DNA of 63,707 nucleotides, filler included, from Octopus bimaculoides (GCF_001194135.2; 6 parts of 6 records of this genome joined end to end with filler, not necessarily neighbours in it); one strand, 5' to 3'. Positions 39,675-52,910 are shown, counted from the first letter of the whole stretch. Numbers and translations are program-made. The notes: a model not told the origin generated them from the sequence alone.

Positions 39675-40185
39675 CCCAGTGCAACCGACTTAACTATCCC
39701 AATGGCTTTCATGACTTATGGTCGTCACTGATTGGAAGTGTTAACTTATACATGTTTTGTCTTGGTGTAAAAAATGGGCTACAGCAAATATTCTCCTCAA
39801 TACCACAGAGCTGCTTGTCAGTTGCTTGATCTTAAACACTTGAGCATATAGCTGACAATGTATACATCTTAGATCACGAGCAGGAATAGTAGGGCAGCAT
39901 AATATCCATGGGTGTTTTCATCATCATCCTTAAGCAATACTTATTCAGAGACCTTTGGAGCGGGATGGGCTACTCGACACGAAGGAAATTCTAAATAGGC
40001 CCCAGGTCCAAGGTCATGCACTGTTTATCTTGATTATCAGGTTGCCATTCCAATCACATATTGTTGTTATGCATTTGCCTGATGTACCTTTATCAGATGG
40101 GCAGTGATAATGGGTATATTGAGCTTTGCATATTTGTACACCGGCGTGACTTTGATAGTGATTGATGCTCACTTACTCAGTATCA
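39675..40185. repeat. Probable unclassified interspersed repeat
   Basis: Resembles a repeat I recall from octopus sequence (CTGATTGGAAGTGTT...GGGCTACAGCAAATATTCT...CTTGTCAGTTG). There is no second copy in this window to confirm it. Confidence 0.4.
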
Positions 40186-40362
40186 TAATAATAATAATAA
40201 TACTATTGATGATAGTAACAACAACAACAACAACAACAACAACAATAATAATAATAATGATAATAATAATAATGATATTTTAGAAAGGATTGACGTAACT
40301 CTTCACAAAGGTAAACAATCAAGACTGAGAGCGTGATTCGATTGTAATAGATATTTTATTAG

Positions 40363-40406
40363 TTGAACGATAATTTCGACAGTAAGTCTGTCTTTGTCAA
40401 GTTCAA
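40363..40406 (-). ncRNA. Type I minimal hammerhead fold with U3-A8 core variant
   Basis: Minus strand: TTGAAC-TTGACAA-A-GACAG-ACTTA-CTGTC-GAAA-TTATC-GTTCAA; perfect 6-bp stem I and 5-bp stem II; AATAAA 2 nt downstream. Confidence 0.65.
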
Positions 40407-40593
40407 AATAAGAGGCGATAAAAATTCAGAATTATAGAAACTGAAATTTAAAATATGATTGAGACCAACCAGCGTCCATACGTTGATGAAATGATATCAG
40501 TCTTTAAGTTTCAATTTTATAACAGGCGAAAAGAAAACGAAAAGGACAGAAAAAAAAGAGGAAAGACAAAAGGAAAAGGAAAAAGAAGAATAT

Positions 40594-43041
40594 TTAATCA
40601 AACAGTTTTGTATAAATTTGATGATATTTTCCTGTCATCTTATTCATTCCTCCAGAGCGTGATGTTAATAACCCGAAAACATATTTCTCCTCATGCATTC
40701 GAAGAAGTGAAAGTGAAGCAGATTCACAATATTTTCTGAGTTTATGCACTTTCAAGTCTTTTTCAAAATTGCANNNNNNNNNNTTCACAATATTTTCTGA
40801 GTATATGCACTTTCAAGTCTTTTTCAAAATTGCAGCCGTTTGAAACGAAATGTTCGGCAAGTTCTGTCGAACTACTGTTATTGTGCATGACGTCGAATCT
40901 GTGCCCATTAAACCTTTTGTTTAATTGTTCTATTGTTCAACCAACATAAATCAAGTTGTATTTCATGCATTCTGCCGCGTACACCAAATTGGAATCTCTA
41001 CACGTCACACCTTCTGTATAAATCATAACATTTCTGTTATGATTCCTGATGGAATTCACTTGACTCATGTTGTTGCATGATGAACAGGGCTTACCTCTCT
41101 TGCGGCTGTTTTTCAAGGTACAGCGTGCAGATAATCCAATGTTAGTTTTCTTGGAGTTAGAAATAGAGGTCAGTAATTCTCTTATATTTGTATTCCGTCT
41201 AAAGGCTACGATAGGCGGCTGAGAAAATATCTGTTTGAAACGAGGATAATTTTTCGCCATATGCTGGTAACTTTCATGCAACGCTTTTGAAATGCCAGCG
41301 AAATTTCGGTGCCTGTTAATCACTAAAGAAATTTTGTCATCTATTGTATTGTGTTTGCTACAATTATGCGTAAAGTTTTGACTATCTTTGCTAATCCTAG
41401 CTATTTCATTTGCTATTTGCTTTAATCGTGATTCACTGTAACCGTGTTTGACATAATGATGCACAAAAGCATTTGCATGTTTCCAGTAATCCCCTGTGTG
41501 AGTACAAATCCTTTTTATCCTAAAAATATTAGGATTTTGGATTTGACTGAATAATATAATGTGGATGATCAGAGCGGCGGTAGAGATAAATGTGGGATGA
41601 TGTGGGCCTGCGAAATAACTCTGTCACTATTCTGGCCCCAGAAAACTTAACTTCTGGGTTCAAAAATTCAACGCTAGTTTTTGAAGAACTAGACGTAAAT
41701 TTTATGTTGGATTTAAAGCTATAGTTTTTAGAATAACAGTCACAGAAATGCAAGAAGTTCATTAAACTATCTTGGGATCCTTCCCAGATGGAAAATACGT
41801 CATCAATGAACCATAACCAGAGTAGTAGTTCTTAACCATGATGAGATTTGAATGTCTTCAGTAACAGTGTCTTGAATTTTGTCATCAAGACATTAGCGAA
41901 ATTAACTGCAATGGGGATACCCATGGCGCAACTTTTCGTTTGGTGGTAAAATCTTTGTCTAAACTTCGTTGTGTTACTTTGTAACACAAACTTCAATAAT
42001 CTACAGAGAAAATTTAATGGAATACTTTTGTTTCACCGCTTTTCGAAGGCATCCAAGCATGCTCCTACCACTTCATCGTGATCAATATTGGGATATCAGG
42101 AAGAAACACCCATGGTTACCAAAAAACAGTTCTTGACATGACCTCGATGCTTAAAAAAGTTGTTAATTTTAGAAAATCAAAAGTATCCCGAATATAGGAA
42201 CTTGATCTTCTTGCGACAGAGAGTAGAAAGCCATCCAGTCATTCCGAAATCTTGACCGTACAACAATCATATCCGCTGCAAATTGAACGCATTAGAGCAA
42301 ATCTTTCGAACTTTTTGTGTATTTTAGGGAAACCATAAAATACAAGTGTTCCTGTTTCTGACCATAAAATCCTGGATTCAGCCTTATGAATGAAATTATT
42401 TTCCTCCATTTCCAGAATTATTTTGTCAAGTTCCTCTCTGTAATTGGTGTTTGGATCCACAAGTAATTCTTTATATGTAGTTTTGTCATTTAAAACTTCT
42501 TGACAAGCCGAAACATGCTCACTTTTGTCCATAATTACGTTAGCGCCTCTCTTACTCGCCATTTTAATAACAATAGAATCGTTATTGGCTAGACGTCAGA
42601 GTGTGTAACGTTGGAAATTTGTGAGGCTATTCCAGGACTTTTTTCCACTTGTTTTAAGGCTTTCTCAAATGCCTGTCTGACAAGATTCAGGAAATTCCAG
42701 TAGTAGTTGTGAACGTCCATCCCGAACTTTATCTGGATACAAATTCGGATTCTTTTCAATCCAATTATACCAGATTCGACCATCATCATTTTTATTTTCT
42801 GATACCTCGTTTTTTTAAAAAAAATATTCCTTCAGCTTGTGACAGCGGACAAACTGGAATAGCATTGAGCTAGTTTATTCTTGTTGAAATTCTTAGTGTT
42901 TGGGCAGAAACTCAGTCCAATCTCCAAGACTGAGACAGCGTCGGGCGAAAGTCTTAATTTAGATAAATTTATGACTGATTTATTCTCTAGTGTGATGGAT
43001 TGTCTCGGGCAAGTGGTTTTCATAGTCTTACTCCCATTCAA
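40594..43041 (-). pseudogene. PLE reverse transcriptase-GIY-YIG ORF, frameshifted
   Basis: Track ORFs 42832-43041, 42239-42562, 41529-41762, 40937-41464 and 40594-40788 are consecutive pieces of one polyprotein. Confidence 0.85.
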
Positions 43042-43324
43042 TTCCTGACAACTTTTGGAGCTTTGCTCGAAATCTTCACTTATAACAAGGAACCTTCACT
43101 TAAATCTTCACTTAAAACAAGGGTGATAAAATTTTTTATGAATTTTCATCTGAGAAGTTATAATTTTTAGTCGTCTTTCTAGGGGTAATCCATTTGTGGG
43201 TGGGTGAGAGGAAGTGAGTGACCTCTGTGGTTTTTGTAGACATTTGAAAAACCTTTACTTTCGGGAAAGGAACAAATTTATTGTTTTACAGGCAAAATCT
43301 CAAATGTGCTCGCATTTTTGACTG

Positions 43325-43739
43325 ATCAAATAAAACTTCTCTGGATCGTTTCCACTGACCAGTTCAAAAGCACACACCGGGGAAAAAAGACCGCAATAAT
43401 ATGCGTCAACTGACAACAAGGTATACGATAAAGAAGAAAAGTCGATAGATATGACAGGTTAGTGTTGGAGGTTAAGCAGTTGTGGTCGATGAAAAAGATG
43501 CTGCTAGTAGTACCAATAATTTTCGGAGCCCTGGGGACACTGAGTAAAAATGTTGAGAAGTACATGGAACAAGTAAGGGCTGCAATAACGGTGGAGCACT
43601 TGCAGAAAACAGCATTGCTTCGAACCGCTGGAATACTCTGGATGGTGCTCGAAAAATAAGGCGTGTTATCTTAGTTCACTGGTAGTGAACAGCTGGTACC
43701 GTAGCACATCTCCAGCGTTAGAAGCTGTGCAAGACAATA

Positions 43740-43777
<38 letters not shown>

Positions 43778-43778
43778 N
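43325..43778 (+). mobile_element. R4/Dong-like non-LTR retrotransposon 3' fragment with (TAA)n tail
   Basis: DNKVYDKEE..DRYDRLVLEVKQLWSMKKMLLVVPIIFGALGTLSKNVEKYM...VEHLQKTALLRTAGILWMVLEK*, a short 3' UTR, then (TAA)n. Confidence 0.8.
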
Positions 43779-46700
43779 NNNNNNNNNTTATTATTATTAT
43801 TATGATTATTATTATTGCTATTGTTTTTGTTGTTGTTGTTGTTGTTTTTATTATTATCATTATCATTATTATTATTATAACATCAACTATGATAAAAGCA
43901 GTAGCAACAGAAACAGTAACAATGGCACGATGACGATGACGATAAAAATGATGAAGATATTGGTGATGATGATGATCATGATGGTTATAATGATTAAGAT
44001 TCCGGCGGTGGTGTTGATGATGCAAATGTTTGCAAATAATATCTAGTGTTTGTATTGCAGCAAGTATTTCGATTTTAACCATTAATATGATTATCACGAC
44101 TTATGTTGTTCTTAGTATTTCTATAGTTGAGGATGGCGTCAATGACGAAATGCTTTCTCTTATTATCCCTTAATACTAATTTACAGCTTTTATCGCTTTC
44201 ATAAAGTTATTTTTGCCATCTTCTTAATATCAGCCACAGTTGTAACAATATCTGGCTCACTTTGTTAACGAGTTTTATGGTTTTGTTTTAATTATTGTTT
44301 TGTTTATCCACAAGTCAGTCACATCATTTGAGAAGAATTACAATGAAATGCATTCTCATCGTAAACATCACTTCTTTAAAAGTTTTTACAACTATAGGTT
44401 TCATTTGTAGAGTATTTGGTTGATATTTCTAGCAGACAGAGCCATCATGTACAGAATTCTTTCAAATGAATGCATAGTAGTATCAACTCAATTTTCGTAA
44501 TAGTTTTTCACGCTAGGCTTTCAAAGTAGTAGTATTATAAAATAAGATAACACTGATCGGTTCTATAGAGTTTTATATATTCTGCAGTACCTATTCAAAG
44601 CTAAGTTAACCATAACCTTCCTAGTTCCATTCCGTTGGCAATTATTTAGTGATGTAGCACGATTTGTATATGATCACAAATAGAAAATATACATTATACA
44701 AGAGGAAATATGTATCTTTTAAGAAACACAAATCTTAGAGCGGAATATAAATGTTAAATGGGTAACATATCTTTCACTAGCTGGCTGATTCTGTGCTACC
44801 TTTATCAAAGCATTTCTGTACGTACTTCTACTTTTATACTGTGCCGAAACTACACACCACTCTGTAGAAGTTGGATGACATACTATGATTGTTGTTTGTC
44901 CGCATTCCCATATTTGCGAAATTCAGTCGGTAATGGCAATAAAATTAGAATTGTTTGATCAGGTTTTTGATGCCTTTGCACTCCGTACTCATATAAATTA
45001 GCATACTCATATGCATCGTTCTTGATTTTGTGAAGCCCTTGTGCAGACTCTATGTAGTGATTTTGCTTAATGTAAGTTATGATCTATTCGATTCCATACA
45101 AAATTCAGTCCAACATTTCTCGGTTGTAGATTGACATTAAAATTTAAGCGTTGACCCCCTCCAGAACATTTGTTGAAAGGGAAATATAGTGATGTGGGTT
45201 GACTAGCAAGATATAGGAAAATCTGTATAAAATAGTTTATTGACTAGCAAGATATAGCAAAATTGTACAAAAAGGTTTAAGAAGTTGTTCTAGTAAGTTG
45301 GAACAACTAGAGTCAATAGGTAAGAAGGAGAGTAAAGCAAGAACAAGTATGTGAAGATGGTGTACGTTTGTTAATTCAGTTCTTTTTGCTTTACTGTAAC
45401 ATCAGTTCTTTCTGCATCCGTAGTCTTGCTCATGGAAAATCGATCTAAATGGTATTAGAAACCACACACAAATTGCTTATGTCTGGAAGGTATGAGACAT
45501 TATGGTGTCTCATCTGTTACCAAAACAGCGACCCATATATCCTTAATCTGTCTTGAAATACTTTGCGATACTTCTATCTTTCATGTTTAACGTTTTACTA
45601 CATCATTCTAATCTTACGAAGACACTGTTGTTATATTTTTTTCATGTGTGTTACGACGTACAAATTTGACCGCATATGTTATATTAATTTTCTCTCTACT
45701 ATCAATGATAAAGTTCATACAAATAATCTAGTGAACTGAAATGATTACATTTCGACTGTTGGCACTCTACTAAGTTTAGAAATATCGTTCAAATATCAGC
45801 TGCCTCAAAAGTTTATTGGTTTAAAAACATAAAATTGCTAGTTCTAATTTATCATCAATTAATTCCACACCAATTTGTATATTCCTTCTATTTGTATTAT
45901 ATACATTATTATTATTATTTCTCTTTATCAATTTAATTTCATATGAATAATTTCTCTTAGATGAAGCGTACTGAAAAGAAAGTAATAGCGCTAAGGATTT
46001 TTATAACGTCCACTGCAAAATGATGATCACGACCAGGAAGATGGTGATGATGACTCAAATGGAAAATATTGTAAAGATGGTTTATGTACAATAACAACAC
46101 TACTCGCTATTTGCAATTACTAAGAAATCAGTTACAGTGAACGTGAATATAGAGTTTAAAATGGTCGTAAAGAAAGAAATTTGCTTGAAACGTAACTTGT
46201 TTTCAGTCCAGTTTTTGTATGCAAACATACACGAGCAGCTGGATAAAAGTAGTGATGCATGGACAGGCGTTGGACAAAACAATGGAAGCTTCACCAAATA
46301 ATTATTTTTCCCATTGGAGATATGGCAAATTGAAGATTTTTATAGTTATATGTATTCATATGCATTACGTATAACTTATACTTCATGATAGTTGACGCGC
46401 AGTTACTTTTTGGCAGATATGTATATTTAAATAAGTTAAAATGTATGCATTAACTGATTTCCAAAGAGGGAAAAATTGTGACATCATGGGTGGATAGAGC
46501 TACAGTCACTAGAACTGCAGATTTGTTTTAATGAATCAGGAGTTGTAGTCTCTAAAATCATGTTGTCATCTTAAAACTAGCGTTAAACAAACTTTCGTGT
46601 GCATAATTATGAATGGCAAGCAGAGCTGCATATGCTACTATTACTAAGTGATATTAACGTAATGTTTATGATATATGTAATATTAGCAATGAACACCTGA

Positions 46701-46863
46701 CAATAATGCGTTGAAACAATTGTTGTCATAAATAACAAAGCTTCTGCAATCCATTTTCTCGTGTATATATATATATATATATATATATATCACTTCGACA
46801 CCTGACGCATGGTACACCGTGCACCTGCTCAGACTACGTCAATTTAATAGAGAGAGAGAGAGA

Positions 46864-46906
<43 letters not shown>

Positions 46907-46985
46907 CTAATGCATGGCATAAACAATTTATTATAAACAAATCATTTGTGCAGGTCATACGTTGTCTTCAACGGGAGAGTCCATT

Positions 46986-47022
<37 letters not shown>

Positions 47023-47044
47023 TATATGTGTGTGTGCGCGCACG

Positions 47045-47082
<38 letters not shown>

Positions 47083-48394
47083 GCTCACACAACCAAGCGA
47101 CTATGGACGATCTGTATGTACTACGCTTGCCGCAATTGTTTTATGTACGTATGCAGAAGAGAGTAGACATATACCCACTCTCGGCATATTAGTACTTGAC
47201 ACAGCAAAACCACCAGAATATGCGCGAGGTGGACAATATAACCCTCGGTTAGTATTTATTTTCTGCTGAACTGTCTAGAACCATAATAATATTCATCGCT
47301 CATACGCCCAACGCATTTCTCCTATCGGAAATTGAACGTATAGTTTTATGTTCGTGAATTCAAGGAAACAGCTGCATAGGCAACGTAATATTCACACTCA
47401 GTAATACACATATATATTCACAGGTTCAACTATACATACTTAGTTCTCAAGAACCTCATCTAGAAGGGTCTTAAGTGAACATACACAAGCAAATTCACCC
47501 TTACACACGCAGACACACTCAAATGCACACGCATACAAAAATGTCGCACAGCTGCAGTGCATCACTGTAGGGCACATCAATCTGTATTAATATGAAGTTT
47601 ACGAGTGGCTGGTCAGAAACAGATAACTATTTCTCACAATGAATATGACCAACATTTCCATTCATAGCCTATGTTTAATTTCACAATAGCAATCGTTCGG
47701 AATATTACGTTTCTTTTCTAATCCAAAACAGTGTAAGGAAAATATCAGCTCAAATTCATTTCTTTAGCTTTACTTTTCAGTGTGTTATTGACAGACATCC
47801 TATTCCGGGTCTATATAGAAAGTTGGACTGGTTTAGCTGCTTTATATACGACATATGTGATAGTTTCGCGGCTAAAGGTAACTGCACATATTCTTTCTTT
47901 TTTTTCTGGATAGAAAATACCTGAAGTGTGAGTTAGGTGACAATCCTATAGATGGGTAATTAGATTACTGTATCGTTACAATCTATTTCGATTAGTATTA
48001 ATGGTGACACTTCGCACTCAATACGTCACTTTTGATGTGCATCTCTTATAAGTGTTTATGCTGCAAACTTACACATCCACAGTATATTCACAAAATTCCT
48101 TATGGTGATCGTTTGGAGAGAAAATTCGACAAGTTAATTTGATAAGATTTGTGATGCACATGTAGTTCATGATAATTTAATTTACACGCACTTCGTTACA
48201 TGTAAAATACGCAAGGTTAAATTAAATGCTATTTTTCTTATTTCCATGAACATCGATGTTTAACTATCACAATAACTTATTTGAAGACGTTAAAATGAAG
48301 ACCTCACTAGATATGATTACTCCAATCTGATCTGTTTACTATTACTTTTTGTCAACCTCAAACGATATTCGAAAATATTGGAATATTGGTATTT

Positions 48395-48562
48395 TTTTAT
48401 TTGTTTCATTCAGTAACCAGATGGAACGACACCAGTACTTATTTTTGTTCTTTTTCTTAAGCCTGTTACTTATTCTATTGGTCTATTTGACGAGCCTCTA
48501 AGTTACACAACATTAACACACCAACAATAGTTGTAAAGTTGATGTGGGGGAAACAGCCACAC
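48395..48562 (-). mobile_element. SINE family A, 3' half, degraded
   Basis: TACTTATTCTATTGGTCT...CTAAGTTAC...AACACACCAACA...GATGTGGGGGAAAC. Confidence 0.6.
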
Positions 48563-48676
48563 AGTCGCGCGCGCGCNNNNNNNNNNNNNNNNNNNNNNNN
48601 NNNNNNNNNNNNNNNNNNNNTTAATTAATTAANNNNNNNNNNNNNNNNNNNNNNNNNNNNNNNNNNNNNNNNNNNN

Positions 48677-48725
<49 letters not shown>

Positions 48726-48728
<3 letters not shown>

Positions 48729-48931
48729 CCATAGCCCACTACTATACTAGCACAAAAACCTATCTATCCATGTGATATCCATCTTGATACTTACCTACCG
48801 ATGACTTAACTATTTATAGTCACACACGCATGCGCACAGACATACATATAGCTATATGAATGTATACACGTATTCATAATTGCACACATAAATAGTCTCA
48901 AACACACACACACATACACACAAACACACAC

Positions 48932-48971
<40 letters not shown>

Positions 48972-49308
48972 AATCATAGCCCAATACAATACTAGCACAA
49001 AAACCTATCTATCCATGTGATATCCATCTAGATACTTACCTATCGACGACTTAACTATTTAAAGACACACACGCATGCGCACAGAATACATATAGCTATA
49101 TGAATGCATACACGTATTCATAATTGCACACATAAATACTCCCAAACACACACAGACATACACACATACACAATCACAGCCCAATACACTACTAGCAGAA
49201 AAACCTATCATTCTATGTGATATCCATCTAGATACTTACCTACCGACGAGGCAACTATTTAAAGACATGCACGCATGCGCACAGACAAACATATAGCTAT
49301 ATGAATGT
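48726..49308. repeat. Tandem repeat of about 200-245 bp, 2.7 copies, with variable (CA)n spacer
   Basis: Units start at 48726, 48971 and 49171 (CAA(C/T)CA(T/C)AGCCC...AAAACCTATC...GTGATATCCATC...CGCATGCGCACAGA). Confidence 0.9.
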
Positions 49309-49479
49309 ATCTATTGATAAATAATTCATTAGAAATATATCCCCCTTCTATTAAATATGCGATGGCGAGAATAATATATATACTAAGTCTGAAAAATAAA
49401 TATAAAGGAAAATCGAGCGCCTCTCCATCTTCACCGAAAGAGAACCTAACAAAGGCGAGAGAAAATGAATAAACATAAA

Positions 49480-49549
<70 letters not shown>

Positions 49550-50010
49550 ATGGTGGTGGTGGTGGTGGCGGTGATGATGGTGGAGGTTGTGGTAGGGAGA
49601 GAAAAAAGATGATGATCAAGAACAAAATGGAGTACATAAAAAAAATAACAAAAGCGCCAATTAAAATCACCATAACAACAACAACAACGACGACGACAAC
49701 AACAACAACAACTAAGGCAACAGACAACAACGGCAGTAATTTTCTACCTTGCCCCGTATATCAAAATCTGTATGACAACCCAATAGAGAAGTATGAGGAT
49801 AATAAAAAGATTAAAAAAGAACAAAAAAACACTTTCCTCGTATACAAAAGATGACGTGAAATGACGAAAGACTAACCTTCCTCACCGCCATTTCTCACCC
49901 ATGTCCCCTTTTCATTTGTGTGTTTGATTTATTGTTCTTCACTGAGGTTTTGTATTTTTACACTGACCAGATAAAGGGTGAGTTAAAAAGGGGAGAACGA
50001 AAGCAAGATG

Positions 50011-50065
<55 letters not shown>

Positions 50066-50334
50066 CGAGAGATAAATATATATATATATATATAGATAGA
50101 TAGATAGATAGATGGATGGATAGATAGGTTTCTTTATTAGCCACACAGGGCTCAACACAGAGGGGACAAAATAGATAAGCAGATTGACGGATNNNNNNNN
50201 NNGATGGATAGATAGGTTTCTTTATTAGCCACACAGGGCTCAACACAGAGGGGACAAAATAGATAAGCAGATTGACGGATAGATAGATAGATAGATAGAT
50301 GGATAGATTGATTGATAGACAGACAGATAGACTG

Positions 50335-50370
<36 letters not shown>

Positions 50371-50581
50371 TGATTGATAGCTAGATGGATAGACAGATAG
50401 ATAAGTAAGGGTGAGGTATGAGGAAGGAATGAAAAATAGAGGGAGAAGGAAAGAGGTAGACAGAATAGTATTAAAAAGGTGAGGAGGAAGAGTGTTTTTT
50501 ATTCTTATTCGCGTTGCCCGTTTAGTCTTTCGTGGCATTGTTTTAGGGCCACGACATGAACACACGTACGCACGCACCCCC

Positions 50582-50653
<72 letters not shown>

Positions 50654-50744
50654 CTACGTGTGTGTCTATGTATGTATTTGGGTGCATGTATGTGTGTGTG
50701 TGTGCGTATATACGTGTGCGCGCGTGTGTGTGAGTGTGTTTGTG

Positions 50745-51290
50745 GGAAGTTTAAAGAAGAGGAAAGCAATTTTGATGATAAACCACGTCGTGGGAGACCA
50801 TCGACTGCAACCATTAACGCCAATGCAGAGGAACCCGTGAGCTCGCTTAACAGCTGGCCTGTGGTCACAATGCAATATGAAGATGGCGAAAGACTTCGGG
50901 TTTCGGAAAATGTGTGCACATAGGATATTTTGGCAGCTGACACTCAATTTGAAGGACAAAAGTGTCGAAGTCTGTTCTTATCTGCTGGGCGCGTTTGAAG
51001 CCAACGAATGAGGACACATTTCCTCCACTTAATCTGTTGATAGGAGACGAAACACTCGATTTGAAGCACAGAAGGTCGAAGTATGTTCTAATCTGCTGGA
51101 TGCGTTTGAAGCCAATGAGGATATATTTTTCTCTGATCTGGGAACACGGAACGTAACATGGCTGTATTTTTATGATCAGAAGACGAAAGCTCGGTCCAAG
51201 GAATGACGTCACACTTCTCGTCAGCGATCGGTACAGAATGTAAAGGTGACTATTTTTCATTAGAATGACTGTCTTGTGCTACACATATCA
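50745..51290 (+). mobile_element. Mariner-type transposase remnant with internal ~110-bp duplication
   Basis: KFKEEESNFDDKPRRGRPST; QLTLNLKDKSVEVCSYLL; LIGDET; TWLYFYDQKTKARSKE*RHTS. Duplicated unit at about 50940-51050 and 51051-51150. Confidence 0.75.
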
Positions 51291-51682
51291 TCGTACTGTG
51301 TAACAACTACCAGCGATTAGGTATACTTGTTGATAGCATGTTAATTCCTGGATTATTTAAGAAATCAATTCAATTAATTCGACCGCTGAACAAATCCGTG
51401 GTTGTGAGTTTGCATCACTGACCTTCCAAATGTGTAAATTATCCTTTATTGGGAGAGATTCACAATAGCGATCTTCTTCTATATTGCTGGTGACAAAATG
51501 AACAGCAATCTCTAACGGTTTTCTCAAATAGTGACGCGTGAATATTTGAAGAGAAGACGTAATTGTTGTTACAATGTATTAAAACTAAAAATGGGTACTA
51601 TGCTTCGATATTAGAGTAGTCGACACTATGGTAGGAAATGTAGATAGAATGTTCGACTTCTACAATATTTTGCTCGATCTCA

Positions 51683-51915
51683 GGTGGCGAGCTGGCAGAA
51701 TCGTCAGCACGCCGGGCGAAATGCCTAGCGGTATTTCGTCTGTCTTTACGTTCTGAGTTCAGATTCCGCCGAGATCGACCTTGCCTTTCATCCTTTCGGG
51801 ATCGATAAATTAAGTACCAGTTACGCACTGGGGTCGATGTAATCGACTTAATCTCTTTGTCTGTCCTTGTTTGTCCTCTCTATGTTTAGCCCCTTGTGGG
51901 CAATAAAGAAATAAG
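51683..51915 (+). mobile_element. SINE family B, full length, young (tail type 1)
   Basis: GGTGGCGAGCTGGCAGAATCGT head; GTCGACCTTGCCTTTCATCCTTTCGGGATCGATAAA core resembling the MetaSINE domain; tail CCCCTTGTGGGCAATAAAGAAATAAG. Confidence 0.85.
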
Positions 51916-52114
51916 AATCGTCAGCACGCCGGGCAAATGCTTGGCGGCATTTCACCAGTCTTTACGTTCCGAGTTCAAATTCCACCAAAGTCGAGTTTGT
52001 CTTTCATCCTTTCGGGGTCGATAAAAATAAGTACCAGTTGATCACTGGAGTTGATCTAATTGAGCTATCCTTCCCCCGAAATTGCTGGCCTTGTGCCAAA
52101 ACCTGAAAGCAATA
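51916..52114 (+). mobile_element. SINE family B, 5'-truncated, directly abutting (tail type 2)
   Basis: Starts at AATCGTCAGCACGCCGGG; tail CCCCCGAAATTGCTGGCCTTGTGCCAAAACCTGAAAGCAATA. Confidence 0.85.
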
Positions 52115-52679
52115 TTTTGTCCAATGTACATTGGTTGGAATCTTTGTCGTGCTGCTGCCGATGTTGCTGTTGTAAATACTTGCATCATTTAGTGTCTGGC
52201 TATATATGTCACTGCTATTATTGGTGTTTATTGAAGAAATACCAGTGGCGATGTTGATCCAACAATAACATATGTTCTGGTGGTAATTTGAAAATTTGTC
52301 GAAACAAATATTGAAATAATCGAAATATTGCGATAAGCATCCACTTCAGAAGTGTAAGCGTTTGAATCAGCGAAAACGAAAGACAGAATATATTGATAAA
52401 AACTGGCGAAATCGTTTGATCAGACAAAATGCCTTACGGCATTTGTTCCACCATTATTAAGAAATACACTAATTCACTACAGAACACCAGTTCTTTCATC
52501 TGAACTATACACAAGTCAGCAGATGAGTATCTACGTGTTGCTTGATCTGCTAAAAATAGCAGCTGTATCTCTCTCTGTAGTCAACCCCTTCCATTAAAAA
52601 AAAAAGACATTGAATAACATAATAGAAAAGTAAAGACCCTTCAATCACGATTGGCCATAAGATTGCACCTAGAAAGTTG

Positions 52680-52910
52680 TTTATGGAAGACCAGCTCTCG
52701 CCCAAGCGTATCAGCCTCCCTTCTCCACGCCACTGCTGTTACTCAAGAGAAAGGCACAACTTGGCACCAGTGACGTTGCAACTCATTTCTACAACTGAGT
52801 GAACTAGAGCAACATGAAATAAAGTGTCTTGCTCAAGAACACAATACACAACCCAGTCCGGGAATTGAATTCACAATCTCACGACACCCTAACCATCGCG
52901 CCATGCTATA
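52680..52910 (-). mobile_element. tRNA-headed SINE with CORE-like domain
   Basis: Minus strand: GGCGCGATGGTTAGGGTGTC..GAATTCAATTCCCGG...TTGTGTTCTTGAGCAAGACACTTTATTTCATGTTGCTCTAGTTCACTCAG. Confidence 0.7.

Larger units (their letters stand above)
40345..43300 (-). mobile_element. Near full-length Penelope-like element (Neptune-like), decayed
   Basis: Ordered motifs on minus strand: VINLS..LS...SVLEIGLSFCP; GANVIMDK; FYGFPKIHK; AMGIPIAVNFAN; WFIDD; Cys linker CTL...KPCSSC; GIY-YIG LVYAAEC..LIYVG..RFNGHR..ELAEHF..GMN; 3' hammerhead fold and AATAAA. Confidence 0.9.

Noticed and set aside
40723-40834. 51-bp direct repeat (and 78-bp repeat at 50115-50280)
   Set aside because: Each pair flanks a 10-N gap: unmerged contig overlap, not a biological duplication.
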